Positions 45,637-56,366 are shown, numbered from the stretch's first letter. The stretch is DNA of 64,000 bases from an uncultured Phycisphaerales bacterium (GCA_963755915.1 CAVWLP010000002.1:2784001-2848000), one strand, 5' to 3'. Numbers and translations: made by a program. The notes: generated from the sequence alone by a model not told the origin.

Positions 45637-46585
45637 TCAAATCGTCGCGACCAATCCGTCAAAAATGTTCTCCAGCCGCGCAACCGCCTCACGTCGCACC
45701 GCCGGCGCCTCATCCTGATTGAAACGCTGCCCCAGTTCCGCCAGAAAGCACAAACACGATTCCGCTGTATAAAAATCCAATGCCCGCCGCTGCAGGTCAT
45801 TCAGCGAAAGCGCCTCACACCAATACTCGATGTAGTCCAAATCCAGGCCCTCACTCATCAGCGCCATGCGCGTCAACCCGAGATGGGCGACGCGATCCCC
45901 GTAACACATCTCATCGACATCCACGATTCCGCTGAGTTTGCCATCCTCGATCAGCACATTTTTCGTCGTGATATCGTCCAAAAATGGCCAAGGCCGAATG
46001 GTGTCGAAGTACCCCTTCATTCGCCGCGCCGCCGTCCGCAGCACATCAACCCGCCTGCCATCCACCACGCCGGTCTGCTTGATCCACAGCGCTGCGCTCA
46101 ATGCCGCGGTCAAACGCTTCTCCCCAACTGGCCCGCGGCGGCGGAACCGCCGGATCGCTCTGAAATCCAAACCCCGCCCCTTCCGGCAAGCTCCCCACCA
46201 TTTTCTGCAGCGATGCCAACCGATCCGCAAGCGTCTTCTTTTCCCCCGCGCTGAGCCGCGAATAAACTTCACCCAAATCGGTCCCCGGCAAACGCTCCAA
46301 CACCAAATAGGGATACGGCGTGCACCCTGCCTCAAGCCGCGCATGAAGAATCTCCGGCAACGGAAATCCCATCGGCTTCAAAATCCCCGACCAATGAACC
46401 GCTCCCACCAGATAGGGGCGATTTTCCGGCTTCGCAATCCTCAGCACCACCGCACGCCCATCCGCCAGGGCGGCATCAAAAACATAATGACAGTTCCCCG
46501 TCGTGAATCGTTTTGCCGACACGAGCTCCGATCCCATCGCCTCCCACGCAATCGCCCGCAATTCATCCAACGTCGGCGTCGCCAT
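45637..46585 (-). CDS. Aminoglycoside phosphotransferase/choline kinase-like protein; frameshifted
   Basis: TTGNCHYVF, VVLRI, LVLERLPG, FLDDITTKNVLIEDGKLSGIVDVD. Confidence 0.75.
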
Positions 46586-46624
46586 TTCTTTCCCACTTAT
46601 AGTCACGCTTGTTTCTTCCGCCAC

Positions 46625-46690
46625 TCTCAGCGCTCTCCGCGATCTCCAGCCCAGCGGGCGGACTTCGGCGAGCTCAGCCGAGCCGTGAAC
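46625..46690. repeat. Family B-like arm with nested 24-nt mini-insert
   Basis: ctcagcgctctccgcgatctc...cagcgggcg[gacttcggcgagctcagccgagcc]gtgaa. Confidence 0.6.
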
Positions 46691-46695
46691 TGAAT

Positions 46696-48153
46696 TTACT
46701 CGCCGGCCCGAAAATTCCTCAGCTCGCTCGCGATCTCCTCCACAACCTCCTCCCACTTCCCCCCATTCCTCTGCCGAAACAACCTCATGGTCGGATACCA
46801 GGGCGTGTCCGTCCTCTTCAGCAGCCATCGAAAATCGCTATGCGACGGAATCAGCACCCACACCTTCTTCCCCAGCGCCCCCGCAAGATGCGCCGTCGAA
46901 GTATCCACGCTGATCACCAGGTCCATCGAATCCACCAGCGCCGCCGTATCCGCCATATCCCCAATCTCGCCGGTCAAATCCACCCAATCGACTCCCGCCG
47001 GCGGCCGCTGCTTTCCGTCCTCCCCCATCTGCAAACTGAAAAACTGAAACCCCGGCAAATTCAAAAATGGATTGAACATCTCCAGCGTCCGCGATCGAAA
47101 CTCCATGTCATTGTTCGGACTCCCCGCCCAGACCAACCCAACCCGCGCCTTCCCATTTCTCTCCGGAATTTTCCCCGCCCACTTCGCTGCCCGCTCCTCC
47201 GGCACCCGAACGTACGGAACCTTGTTCGGAACACTGTCCACCCGAACCCCCAGAACCCGCGGCAACCCCTGAAACGGAATATGAACGTCAAACCCCGGCA
47301 GCTCCTTCCCCTTGGTAACGATCTCCCCCACGCCCTCCACCCCCTGAAACAGCGATACCAGCCCCGCCTGACATTCCAATATCACCATTCCCCCGCGCCG
47401 CGCCACGATCGGCACGAACCTCACGAATTGCAGCGCATCCCCCAATCCCCCCTCGGCATGCAGCAAAATTTTCTTCCCCGCCAGGTCCGATCCATCCCAC
47501 TGCGGCTGCTCAAACCCGCGGTTCAGTCGCATGGTCGGATGCTTCAATCGCCATTCAAATTCCTCCCAGCCCTCCCCCATCTCCCCCATCTGAAGCAGCA
47601 CCCGTGCCACGCTCCAGTGGGCATACACATCGTCCGGCTTCATCGCCACCGCCCGCCGAAACGCCGCCAGGGCGGCCTCATGCTCGTGTATGGCCCAGTG
47701 CGCGTTGCCCAGATTGATCTCCAGGTCCGCGTCCGCTCCCGCAAGCGCCCTGGCATTCAAAAACGCCAGCTTCGCCTCGTCCATTCTCCCGATGTCCCGA
47801 TAAACGTACCCCAGGTTCGCATGCGCGCCGGCCATCTGCGGGCAAAGCTCCACCGCCCGCAGCGCATGCGCCAGCCCTTTGTCGAATTTCCCCGCCCGGC
47901 GGTAACACTCCCCAAGATTGAGATGATATTCCCCCACGCCCGGCTGAATCGCCAGCGCCCGCTCCGTTAACTCAATCGCGATCTCATATTTCCCCACCTG
48001 CGCCGCCAGCGCCCCCAGAAGCTGTAGCGCCGTTGCATGATTCGGCGCAACCGCCAGCACTTTCCGGTAAATCCCCTCCGCCTCCGCCAGCCTCCCGGCG
48101 CGGTGGTGCTGCACGCCTATCTCAAGAGCCTGTTCGAGCGTAACCTCGGGCAT
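46696..48153 (-). CDS. TPR + GT9-like glycosyltransferase domain protein
   Basis: TPRs, GWEEFEWRL, EGGLGDALQFVRF, DLVISVDTSTAHLAGALG, WYPTMRLFRQ. Confidence 0.9.
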   Translation of the reverse strand: MPEVTLEQALEIGVQHHRAGRLAEAEGIYRKVLAVAPNHATALQLLGALAAQVGKYEIAIELTERALAIQPGVGEYHLNLGECYRRAGKFDKGLAHALRAVELCPQMAGAHANLGYVYRDIGRMDEAKLAFLNARALAGADADLEINLGNAHWAIHEHEAALAAFRRAVAMKPDDVYAHWSVARVLLQMGEMGEGWEEFEWRLKHPTMRLNRGFEQPQWDGSDLAGKKILLHAEGGLGDALQFVRFVPIVARRGGMVILECQAGLVSLFQGVEGVGEIVTKGKELPGFDVHIPFQGLPRVLGVRVDSVPNKVPYVRVPEERAAKWAGKIPERNGKARVGLVWAGSPNNDMEFRSRTLEMFNPFLNLPGFQFFSLQMGEDGKQRPPAGVDWVDLTGEIGDMADTAALVDSMDLVISVDTSTAHLAGALGKKVWVLIPSHSDFRWLLKRTDTPWYPTMRLFRQRNGGKWEEVVEEIASELRNFRAGE

Positions 48154-48159
48154 CGCCGT

Positions 48160-48838
48160 TTAATTATATTCGCCACTGTCACTTTCGCCCGTCGCAATTA
48201 ATTCCAGCATCGGCGTCGCCGCGTCGAGCGCCGCGATCACGCGGGCAACCCGCCTCGATACGTCCCCCTCCGCGAGCAGCGACTGCTTCAGCCCCACATC
48301 GCTCAACAGATGATACGCAATCAGATCCGCCACCTCCCCCGTCCCCAGGCTGCTCCCCACAATCTTCCGCATCTCCTCCGAATCCGGCAGCTTCGCCAGC
48401 GGCCGGCTGCTGAACATCTCCATCAGCCGCTGCCGCTGGTTCGTCAGGTCGATCTCCATCACCTTCGTTTCCGAAATGGTTTCAATCCGCGCCCGCCGGT
48501 AGGGGGCCGACGGCTCTTCCGTCACGATCCTCCCCCGCGACTGCCCCTGGAGCAGAAAGTTATAGTTCCCATCCTCCAGCTTTTCCCAGCTCAGGATCTT
48601 CCCCACGCACACCACCGGCTCAATCGCCGGCCGCCCGTAATATTCCTTCGCCCACCCCGGGCGCAGCAGCGCCATCGCCACCAGGCGCTCGCCCGCCAGC
48701 GCGTCCGCAGTCATCTTCTTATATCGATCTTCAAAAATATGCAGCGGCAACACCGCGCGGGAAAAGTACGATATTTGGCAATGGAAACAGCGGCGCCGTG
48801 CAAACACGACTCGCCGCAGCTTCCGTTTGGCTATCCAT
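48160..48838 (-). CDS. Stand-alone LON peptidase substrate-binding (N-terminal) domain protein; frameshift near 48760
   Basis: PLFPLPNIVLF|PRAVLPLHIFEDRYKKM...DGNYNFLLQG. Confidence 0.85.
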
Positions 48839-48957
48839 TCTGCCTATATCATAGGCTCTTTAAGCGCGCGGAAAACCCTGCTTTTACAATAGGGAATCTC
48901 CCCTATCGGGCATTTTGCCTGAGAACGCCTACGGCGCCGCCGTGGGGCCCTCCCAGA

Positions 48958-49176
48958 CTATTGCCCCCGCAGCTCTCGCTCAGCGCGTAGCCAGTTTTCC
49001 ACCTGGGATCCGCCCTTGCCCGAAGCGAAGATCTCGAACGCACGCTTTGCGATCTGTTCGTACGTCACTTCGCGCTTCGTCGTCCGGGGAATCGCGGTGT
49101 TCCGCGAAACCGTGGTCGCCGGCGTGGACTTCGTCGTGCTCCGATACGTCGATGAATATGTGGGCTTCTTTGGCAT
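48958..49176 (-). CDS. DUF2934 domain protein
   Basis: EQIAKRAFEIF...ENWLRAERELR. Confidence 0.85.
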   Translation of the reverse strand: MPKKPTYSSTYRSTTKSTPATTVSRNTAIPRTTKREVTYEQIAKRAFEIFASGKGGSQVENWLRAERELRGQ

Positions 49177-49328
49177 GGTAATAAACTCCTTCTGTTTTGA
49201 GTCCCTACAGATACTGAGAAACGATATGGATGGGTTTGGTCATATCCCATCCCTGCGAGCGCGTTTTCTCACCCCGCGCTGCATCTTCCACATCTATCGG
49301 CAAATCGCAAGATGCCTACCGATCTTTT

Positions 49329-49763
49329 TCACTTCCCTGTCAGCGCCTTTCGCAAAAGTTGGTTCGCTGCCGCTGGGTCCACTAACCCGCCGTGCGCCTT
49401 CATAAATGCCCCCATTGCCTGCCCGAACTGTTTTTCTGTGAACGGGTGCTTTGCCAGGAAGTCGTTTACCAACTTTTCCGTATCTTCCGTAGAGGCCTTT
49501 TTGGGCAGATATTCGTCAACAACGGAAATCTCATACTTTAATTTCCGGACCTCCTCCTCCTTTCCGAGCCTCTCATACTCCTCCAGGCTCTTTTTCAGCT
49601 TCTTCCCGTATGCCGCCACCGCCTCTTCCGCTGTCGTCGGTTTGGGGGCAAGGTCGATGTTCTTCACGTCGCTCAGCAGCATGCGAATCACCATAAGCCG
49701 GTCTTTCTGACCACTTTTCAGTGCCTGTTTCATCTCCTCCTGCAATCGTTCGCGCAGATCCAT
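49329..49763 (-). CDS. GatB/YqeY domain protein
   Basis: LRERLQEEMKQALKSGQKDRLMVIRML...EISVVDEYLP...FGQAMG. Confidence 0.88.
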   Translation of the reverse strand: MDLRERLQEEMKQALKSGQKDRLMVIRMLLSDVKNIDLAPKPTTAEEAVAAYGKKLKKSLEEYERLGKEEEVRKLKYEISVVDEYLPKKASTEDTEKLVNDFLAKHPFTEKQFGQAMGAFMKAHGGLVDPAAANQLLRKALTGK

Positions 49764-49853
49764 TGTCAGCTCCTGTTTACATTTCCATTTGGACGTCTAT
49801 AATCGCACATTCTACCGTAGGGCTTTCCCCATCGCACCTGTGGTTCGCACCAG

Positions 49854-50963
49854 ATGCAAACAGTAACGACTGCCTTAGAAGGCATATTGCATATTCCCGA
49901 TGAGCGCCACGATGGCCAGCTTCGCGACCCCGATCACCCTCTACGCCCCTTGCGCCGCGGAATCGTGCCGCGCAAGCTCATTCGCGAGCTGAACCTCCGT
50001 CCCGGCGTTCTGCTCCGCGGCGTCCCGCGCGGCGACGCCATCCTCCACATCGACACCATCGAAGGCCGCAGCCCCGCCGACTTCGCTGAGAAGGCCACTC
50101 TCTACGATTCCACCGCGCTCGACCCCGAGCCGATGATCAAGCTCGAGCACAACCCCACCGAATTCACCACCCGCATCATCGACATCCTCGCCCCCGTCGG
50201 CTTCGGCCAGCGCGGCCTCATCGTCTCTCCGCCGCGCTCCGGCAAAACCATCCTCCTCCAGAACATCGCCCGCGGAATCCACGCACAACTATCCCGACGT
50301 CCAGCTCGTCCTTCTTCTTGTCGATGAACGGCCCGAAGAAGTCACCGACATGAAGCGCAACGTGCCGGGCAAAGTTTACGCTTCCAGCAACGACAACACC
50401 GTTGAAAAGCATCTCGGATCTCGCCCAGCTCGTCATCGAACGCTGCAAACGCCAGGTGGAATTCGGCGCCAACATCGTCGTCCTTCTCGACTCCCTCACC
50501 CGCCTCGGCCGCGCCTTCAACACCGGCGGCCCCAGCGGCGGGCGGACGCTGTCCGGCGGGCCTCGACAACCGCGCCCTGGAAATCCCCAAACGACTCTTC
50601 GGCGCAGCCAGAAAAATCGAAAACGGCGGCAGCCTCACCATCCTCGCCACGTGCCTCATCGACACCGGCAGCCGGATGGACCAGGTCATCTTCGAGGAAT
50701 TCAAAGGCACCGGAAACATGGAACTTGTCCTCGACCGCAACCTGGCCAACCAGCGCATCTACCCCGCGCTCGACATCGCCGGCAGCGGCACCCGAAAAGA
50801 AGAAAAGCTTTTATCTCCCGAGCAACTCAAAGCCGCCCAGCACATCCGCCGACTACTGACGGGCATGCCTCCCGCGCAGGCGATCAAGACGCTCCTTGAG
50901 GTCATGAAAAAACAAAAAACCAACGCCGAGCTCCTCGCCGCCGCCGGCGCTCGCACCGCCTAG
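49854..50963 (+). CDS. rho: Transcription termination factor Rho, short form; several frameshifts
   Basis: [64 protein letters not shown]. Confidence 0.92.
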
Positions 50964-51001
50964 GCTGGATGATTGTTCGTTGGCACGCTCCCCAAATCTA
51001 T

Positions 51002-51619
51002 ATGACCGCGCGTATTACCCGCCGCATCACGATTGCCCTGATTCTCCTGCTGATTTTCGTCGTCGCCGCCGTGCTGACGCTCATACCGGCCCGCGCCCGC
51101 ATCAATCGCTGGGAATGCGCCAAAAACCTGCGGGCAATCGGACAGTCGATCCTCCTCTTTACCAACGACCATCAACACAATTTCCCTCCCAACCTCGGAA
51201 CCTTGGCCTCGGCAGAGGACATCGCCCCCGCGGTCTTCATCTGTCCCGCCTCCGGCAATTCCGCGCCCCAGAACTTAGCTCCCGACCAGCTTGTCGATTG
51301 GGTTAACGCAAATTCGGATTACCTCTACATCGGCGCGCCGATCAGGGACGCAAGCTTCTTCGATTCAAAATCCAATCAGGAAACTCTGGCCTTCGAGGAC
51401 AAGGATGATCCCACCGTGCGATGGGACAGCGCCCAATCCAGGCGGCTCGTTTTGGCGTATGAAAAAGACCAGGACCACGGCGGAACAATGATGAACGTCC
51501 TTTTCGCCGACGGTCGCGTCGAATGGATGACCCTCGACGCCGCGCATGACGCCATTGCTCTCACCCTCGCGAAGATGGCAACCGCAAAGAAATCCACTCC
51601 CCCATCAACCCGGCCATGA
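51002..51619 (+). CDS. DUF1559 / H-X9-DG-CTERM-like protein
   Basis: TM helix, CAKNLRAIGQSILLFTND, FICP, HGGTMMNVLFADGRVE (10-residue H-to-DG spacing here). Confidence 0.8.
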   Translation: MTARITRRITIALILLLIFVVAAVLTLIPARARINRWECAKNLRAIGQSILLFTNDHQHNFPPNLGTLASAEDIAPAVFICPASGNSAPQNLAPDQLVDWVNANSDYLYIGAPIRDASFFDSKSNQETLAFEDKDDPTVRWDSAQSRRLVLAYEKDQDHGGTMMNVLFADGRVEWMTLDAAHDAIALTLAKMATAKKSTPPSTRP

Positions 51620-51656
51620 AACTCCGCCGCGCCCCCGTCCCCAACCTCCCCTCGGT

Positions 51657-51704
51657 GTAGCCGCCGTGCTTGACTTGGGTGAGCGATGTCGAACCGCACG
51701 GCGC
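51657..51704 (+). repeat. GTAG-type REP with a 24-nt insert in its loop
   Basis: GTAGCCGCCGTGCTT[gacttgggtgagcgatgtcgaacc]GCACGGCGC; compare the uninterrupted element at 10687-10713. Confidence 0.65.
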
Positions 51705-52050
51705 TTTCCACCCAACACCCCGCGGACGCGATCACCACTCGAGCTCGCCGAACGAAAGCGTCACAGTTGAGGGCGCCTCCCAAAAATATTTTTTCAGAAA
51801 AATCTACGGAATTCCAAAAAATAGGTACAAAACGTACACCCTTTGGACCTATATATAGATGCACCTTATTGTCGATCCATATTCTCCCGCGATCTCACCT
51901 GGCTTCTCAAACTCAGCGAGGGGAAAGAAAACTCACCGGCGAATCCCGGGCACTTTCGGACATTTTCGGAAATGCCGCCCCCCGATACGTACTTCTGCGT
52001 TTCCCGTCGCCAGGAAGGGCGCAAATGCAGCGCGAGCCCAATGCAGGTAT

Positions 52051-52133
52051 TTTCTTGGCGCTCTTGGCGTCTTGAGCGAAGCGGGCGGTTATAAGATTTT
52101 TTAACCGCCAAGACGCCAAGATCGCCAAGAAAA
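52051..52133. repeat. Family C hairpin with a 9-nt insert in the left arm
   Basis: tttcttggcgctcttggcgtcttg[agcgaagcg]ggcggtt ... aaccgccaagacgccaagatcgccaagaaa. Confidence 0.85.
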
Positions 52134-52290
52134 ACCGCGCCGACGCGGTTCAGTCTCCAAATGTGGGATAAAGTGAGATATTCTGAGATAAGGGTCCATC
52201 TCTTGATTTCCAACAAATACTCAAAAAGTGTGAAATTTTGGGAAAAAGTGGGAAATCCGCCTTGATGCCCCAGTCTATCGTCGCCGCCGC

Positions 52291-52328
52291 AAAAAAAGCT
52301 GGACGGGCCCGCGCCGGGCCCGTCCAGC
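52291..52328 (-). terminator. Intrinsic terminator downstream of the PEP-CTERM pair
   Basis: Minus strand GCTGGACGGGCCCG-GCG-CGGGCCCGTCCAGC followed by T7. Confidence 0.85.
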
Positions 52329-52346
52329 CCCAATATCGCGCTCACC

Positions 52347-53351
52347 TTATCGAGCCGCTCGCCGTCGCCGCGCCAGCAGGGCGGGAATCGCGAATCCGAG
52401 CAGCCCAATGCTCGCCGGCTCCGGAACGCTCGTCGGCACCGAATACAGCGCAAACGCCAGATCCATCGAACTGCCGATCCCATCGAAGTTGGGGTTATAG
52501 TCCAGCGGCGAATATCCGCCTGCGACTCCATTGTTGTAGCTCCCGTTTACCGCGTCATCGAGAAAGTGATACGGATACGGGGTCTCGGTTCCCTCCGGCG
52601 TGGGTCCCGCGAGCGGATCGGCAATCCCATAATCCCGATCGTGCCAACCCCAGTCCAGCGTCGGGGTCGTGGTCGTCGGGGGAACCAGCGCCACGATGCT
52701 GAGCCATTCGATGTTCCCGTTAAACGCGTCCGGAAACGCGATCTGCTGCCAGTTCAACTCGGCGTTGTACTCTATCAGCCCGCTTTCCCCGGCCGGCGGC
52801 GGAACGTTGCTCTGTCCCGCGGGCACGGGCTTCGTCGTAAACTCGCCGTCCGAATACGCCAGTGTCCCGGTCGTCGATTGCGTCACCGTCTGCGTCGCAA
52901 TCAGCCTCCCCGGTTGGCTGAACGAACCGGCTTCCCCCGGGACCGGCGGAACATTGGTGTACAGCGAAATCTGAAACTGCTGCACCAGCGGCGCGCCGGA
53001 CGGATTGGTGTCATCCAGATACGAACCCCACCAGGTGATGTGCCCGATGTTCATCGGATTAAAATCCGAAAAATCATCCGCCGCCATATTCCCCTGATTT
53101 CCGCCGGCCGAGGTTGTGATTGCCGTGCTGACGATGTCCTGCCCCGGAAACGGTGCAGGCGTATCCGTCGGCAGGGGGGTCGCACCGACCGGATAGACGC
53201 CCGGCGGGGCATCATTCAGCGGCGACTGGTAAAACTTCAGCTCCTCATTGGGTAGCGGATCAGCGAAGGCAGCCGAGCCCAAACCGACCGTCGCCGCCGA
53301 GGCAGCGGCCAAAAGAATGCCGGTGGATTTTCGAGAATTAAAGCGTGTCAT
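52347..53351 (-). CDS. PEP-CTERM sorting-domain surface protein (paralog 2)
   Basis: Signal peptide; C-terminal VPEPASIGLLGFAIPALLARRRR. Confidence 0.92.
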   Translation of the reverse strand: MTRFNSRKSTGILLAAASAATVGLGSAAFADPLPNEELKFYQSPLNDAPPGVYPVGATPLPTDTPAPFPGQDIVSTAITTSAGGNQGNMAADDFSDFNPMNIGHITWWGSYLDDTNPSGAPLVQQFQISLYTNVPPVPGEAGSFSQPGRLIATQTVTQSTTGTLAYSDGEFTTKPVPAGQSNVPPPAGESGLIEYNAELNWQQIAFPDAFNGNIEWLSIVALVPPTTTTPTLDWGWHDRDYGIADPLAGPTPEGTETPYPYHFLDDAVNGSYNNGVAGGYSPLDYNPNFDGIGSSMDLAFALYSVPTSVPEPASIGLLGFAIPALLARRRRAAR

Positions 53352-53453
53352 TGGGAACTCCTGTTTTTTGGGGATTTGCCGGCGCGATCGAAGCACTTCG
53401 AATCGCGCCGGCAAACCAGGGTAGTTTTGGATCTGTCTGAGCGGGAGATTTCT

Positions 53454-54449
53454 TTAGTGAGTCTGCTTGCCGCGACGGCGGGCCAATAGCATCGGGATCG
53501 TCAGACCGAGCAATCCAATGCTTGCCGGCTCCGGAACGCTCGTTGGAACCGTGTACAGCGCAAAAGCCAGGTCCATCGAACTCTCGGCCCCGTCGTATTG
53601 CGGGTTGTAATCCTGGGGCACAAATCCACCGACGAGCGAGGGGTTGCCGTTGTAACTTCCAGTTACCGCATCATCGCCCCCGTGGTACGGTGGAGCTGCG
53701 GTATCGAAGCCCGGCGCCGCCAACGGATCGCTGATCCCCCAGTCCCGGTCGTGCCAGCCCCATTCGAATGTGGGAGCCGTGTCTGCGGGTTCCAATGCGA
53801 CAATGCTCAGCCATTCCACGTTACCGTTGAAGGCGTCCGGAAATGGATTTTGCAACCAATTCAGTTCCGCGTTGTACTGGACGAGCGGGCTGTCGCCCGG
53901 GGCCAGAGGGGCGCCGCTCGATCCCGGTGGCAGCGGGCTGGCCGAGAACGTTCCGGAGGAATAGCTCAGGGGGCCGGCATTGACCACCTGGGTGGCAATG
54001 AGAGTTCCCGGATGACTGAACGTGTTGGCGGTTCCAACGGCTCCGGGAACATCGGTGTAGAGCGAGATCTGGAATTGCTGCACCAGCGGTGCCGCGCTGG
54101 GGTCGGTTCCGTCGATGTAGGATCCCCACCAGGTGATATGCCCGATCGGCAGGGGGTTGTTGTCCGAAAAATCATCCGCCGCCATATTCCCCTGCGCGGT
54201 ACCGCTGCTGGGGGTTGAGAACACGGTGCTGAGAATATCCTGCCCCTGAAACGGGACGACGATATCCCCCGGCTGCGGCGTTGCGCCAACGGGATAAATG
54301 GGGGGCGGCGCACCGTTCAGCGGCGACTGATAAAACTTAAGCTCCTCATTCGGCAGGGGATCAGCGAACGCCAGCGACCCAATACCAGCGGATGATGCGA
54401 TGAGAGTAGATACAACCAAAAATGACTTACGAGAGATATGGCATGACAT
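53454..54449 (-). CDS. PEP-CTERM sorting-domain surface protein (paralog 1)
   Basis: GGAGG RBS, signal peptide, VPEPASIGLLGLTIPMLLARRR; colinear with paralog 2. Confidence 0.92.
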   Translation of the reverse strand: MSCHISRKSFLVVSTLIASSAGIGSLAFADPLPNEELKFYQSPLNGAPPPIYPVGATPQPGDIVVPFQGQDILSTVFSTPSSGTAQGNMAADDFSDNNPLPIGHITWWGSYIDGTDPSAAPLVQQFQISLYTDVPGAVGTANTFSHPGTLIATQVVNAGPLSYSSGTFSASPLPPGSSGAPLAPGDSPLVQYNAELNWLQNPFPDAFNGNVEWLSIVALEPADTAPTFEWGWHDRDWGISDPLAAPGFDTAAPPYHGGDDAVTGSYNGNPSLVGGFVPQDYNPQYDGAESSMDLAFALYTVPTSVPEPASIGLLGLTIPMLLARRRGKQTH

Positions 54450-55010
54450 GACAACCTCCAGTTTTGTTGAGGACCTGCGAGCGCACCCGAACCACATCGA
54501 GTCGCGCGAGCGAAGTCCAGGCGATTCTTCGATTTCGCTGTGCGCGGAGCTTCCGCTGCCGGCGTCAATCGCGTTTGCGGAGGACGCCTCCGTTTACAGC
54601 CGTTTCACGAAATTTTGGAAGTCGGGCGCGGGAGATCATCTCCGAGCATGCCGAGGCGCCCGGCCGAAAATCCTGCATAGCTCCGGAAGGACCTGTGTAT
54701 CCATCAGAGCTTCTACCACGAATTTGAAGATAGGATGTTACTACTAAGGGATTATTTCGTCAAGGTAAATTTTGCGATATCTATAGGTAATTTCGCGACT
54801 TATGGTCGTCGCAAAAAAGTGTTAAGATGTCCCTTTGTGGGAAAACGCTTTTTGCGCATAAGTGCTTTTCCAGCTTAAGCCGGCAAAAATCTCCGTGCAT
54901 AAATGCTTTGTGTTGCGCACGCTGTCCACCTTAATTCAAACCAGTTTTCCGCGCCACAAAAATGTGGCGCTGGCTGGAACCAGTTCAAAAAAATTTCGAA
55001 AACTTGGGAT

Positions 55011-56366
55011 TTACAACTCCGCCGTCACCAAACTCGCCAGCTCCGATCGCTCGCTCTTTTCGAGTGTCACATGCCCCACAATCCCCTTCCCCTTCAATCG
55101 CTCCACAAGATACGAAAGCCCATTGCTGCTCGAATCGAGATACGGATTATCAATCTGCGTCGCATCGCCGGTCAGCACCAGCTTCGTCCCCTCGCCAACC
55201 CGGCTCGCGATCGTCTTTACCTCGTGCGGCGTAAGATTCTGCGCCTCATCCACAATCATAAACTGATGCGGAATACTCCGCCCCCGGATATACGTCAGCG
55301 GCTCCAGAACCACCTGCCCGCTATCCATCAACTGCGTGATCCGCTGCTCCACGCTAGATAAACTCGTGTGCGGCGTGTGCCCGTTCCCCTCCTGCGTCAG
55401 ACGATTCGAAAGCAGATACGCAATATTATCGAAGATCGGCTGCATCCACGCCGTCAGCTTCTGATCCTTATCGCCGGGCAGATAGCCAATGTCCCTCCCC
55501 AGCGGCATGATCGGCCGCGCGCACAGCATCTTCTGATAGACCTCCTCGTTGAGCGTCTTGGCCAGTCCCGCGGCCAGCGCCAGCAGCGTTTTGCCGGTGC
55601 CGGCAGCGCCGATCAGCGACACCAGCTTCACCGAATCATCCAGCAGCAGGTCCAGGGCCATCGTCTGCTGCAAATTCCTGGGCATGATGCCGAAGACCGG
55701 GCCCCGCCGGGCCCTTACCGGGGCCAGCAAGTTTTCCCCCCGCACCCGCGCCACGGCCGTGTGGCTGGGGTCGTTTTCCGTCTTCATCAGCACAAACTCG
55801 TTCATGTACGCATCCGGCACCTCCAGGTGAAGCTGCTTCTCCGAATACATCCGGTCGATCGTCCCCGCCGGCACCTCGAGCTCCCGCCAGCCCGTGTACA
55901 GCCGCTCAAAATCGACCTTCTGCGCCTCAAAATCCTCGGCCAAAATCCCCAGCGAATCGCTCTTGATCCGGGCGTTGATGTCCTTGGTGATGAAGACCAC
56001 CCGCTTCCCCTCCCGATGCAGCGCAAAAGCGCAGCAGATGATCCGATTATCAGGCGTATTTCCACTCAGTCCCGGACAGAGCTTCTGATCCTGCTCCAGA
56101 ATGACCTTTACTCGCCCCCCTGATTGGGCGATCCGCACCCCATCCGAAAGCCGCCCCTGCTGGCGCAGGGAATCGAGATACCGGATCACGGTCCGCGCAT
56201 TTCGGCCCAGGTCGTCGCTGCCCGTCTTGAACTTGTCCAGCTCCTCCAGCACATCGAAGGGAATGATCACCTCATTATCCGCAAACATGAACAGCGCATT
56301 GGGATTGTGCAGCAAAACGCTTGTATCCAGCACGAAATGTTTGATATGTCCGTTGGTTTCAGTCAT
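55011..56366 (-). CDS. PhoH-family protein with N-terminal PIN domain (PhoH2/YlaK type)
   Basis: FVLDTSVLLH, TKDINARIK, GAAGTGKT, YIRGRS, VDEAQN, TGDATQID. Confidence 0.93.
   Translation of the reverse strand: MTETNGHIKHFVLDTSVLLHNPNALFMFADNEVIIPFDVLEELDKFKTGSDDLGRNARTVIRYLDSLRQQGRLSDGVRIAQSGGRVKVILEQDQKLCPGLSGNTPDNRIICCAFALHREGKRVVFITKDINARIKSDSLGILAEDFEAQKVDFERLYTGWRELEVPAGTIDRMYSEKQLHLEVPDAYMNEFVLMKTENDPSHTAVARVRGENLLAPVRARRGPVFGIMPRNLQQTMALDLLLDDSVKLVSLIGAAGTGKTLLALAAGLAKTLNEEVYQKMLCARPIMPLGRDIGYLPGDKDQKLTAWMQPIFDNIAYLLSNRLTQEGNGHTPHTSLSSVEQRITQLMDSGQVVLEPLTYIRGRSIPHQFMIVDEAQNLTPHEVKTIASRVGEGTKLVLTGDATQIDNPYLDSSSNGLSYLVERLKGKGIVGHVTLEKSERSELASLVTAEL

Noticed and set aside
46609-47970. 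Long antisense or alternate-frame ORFs, also 8727-9899, 23895-25145, 27351-28484 and 28228-29343
   Set aside because: Shadow ORFs of real genes in GC-rich DNA; Arg/Pro-rich with no recognisable motifs.
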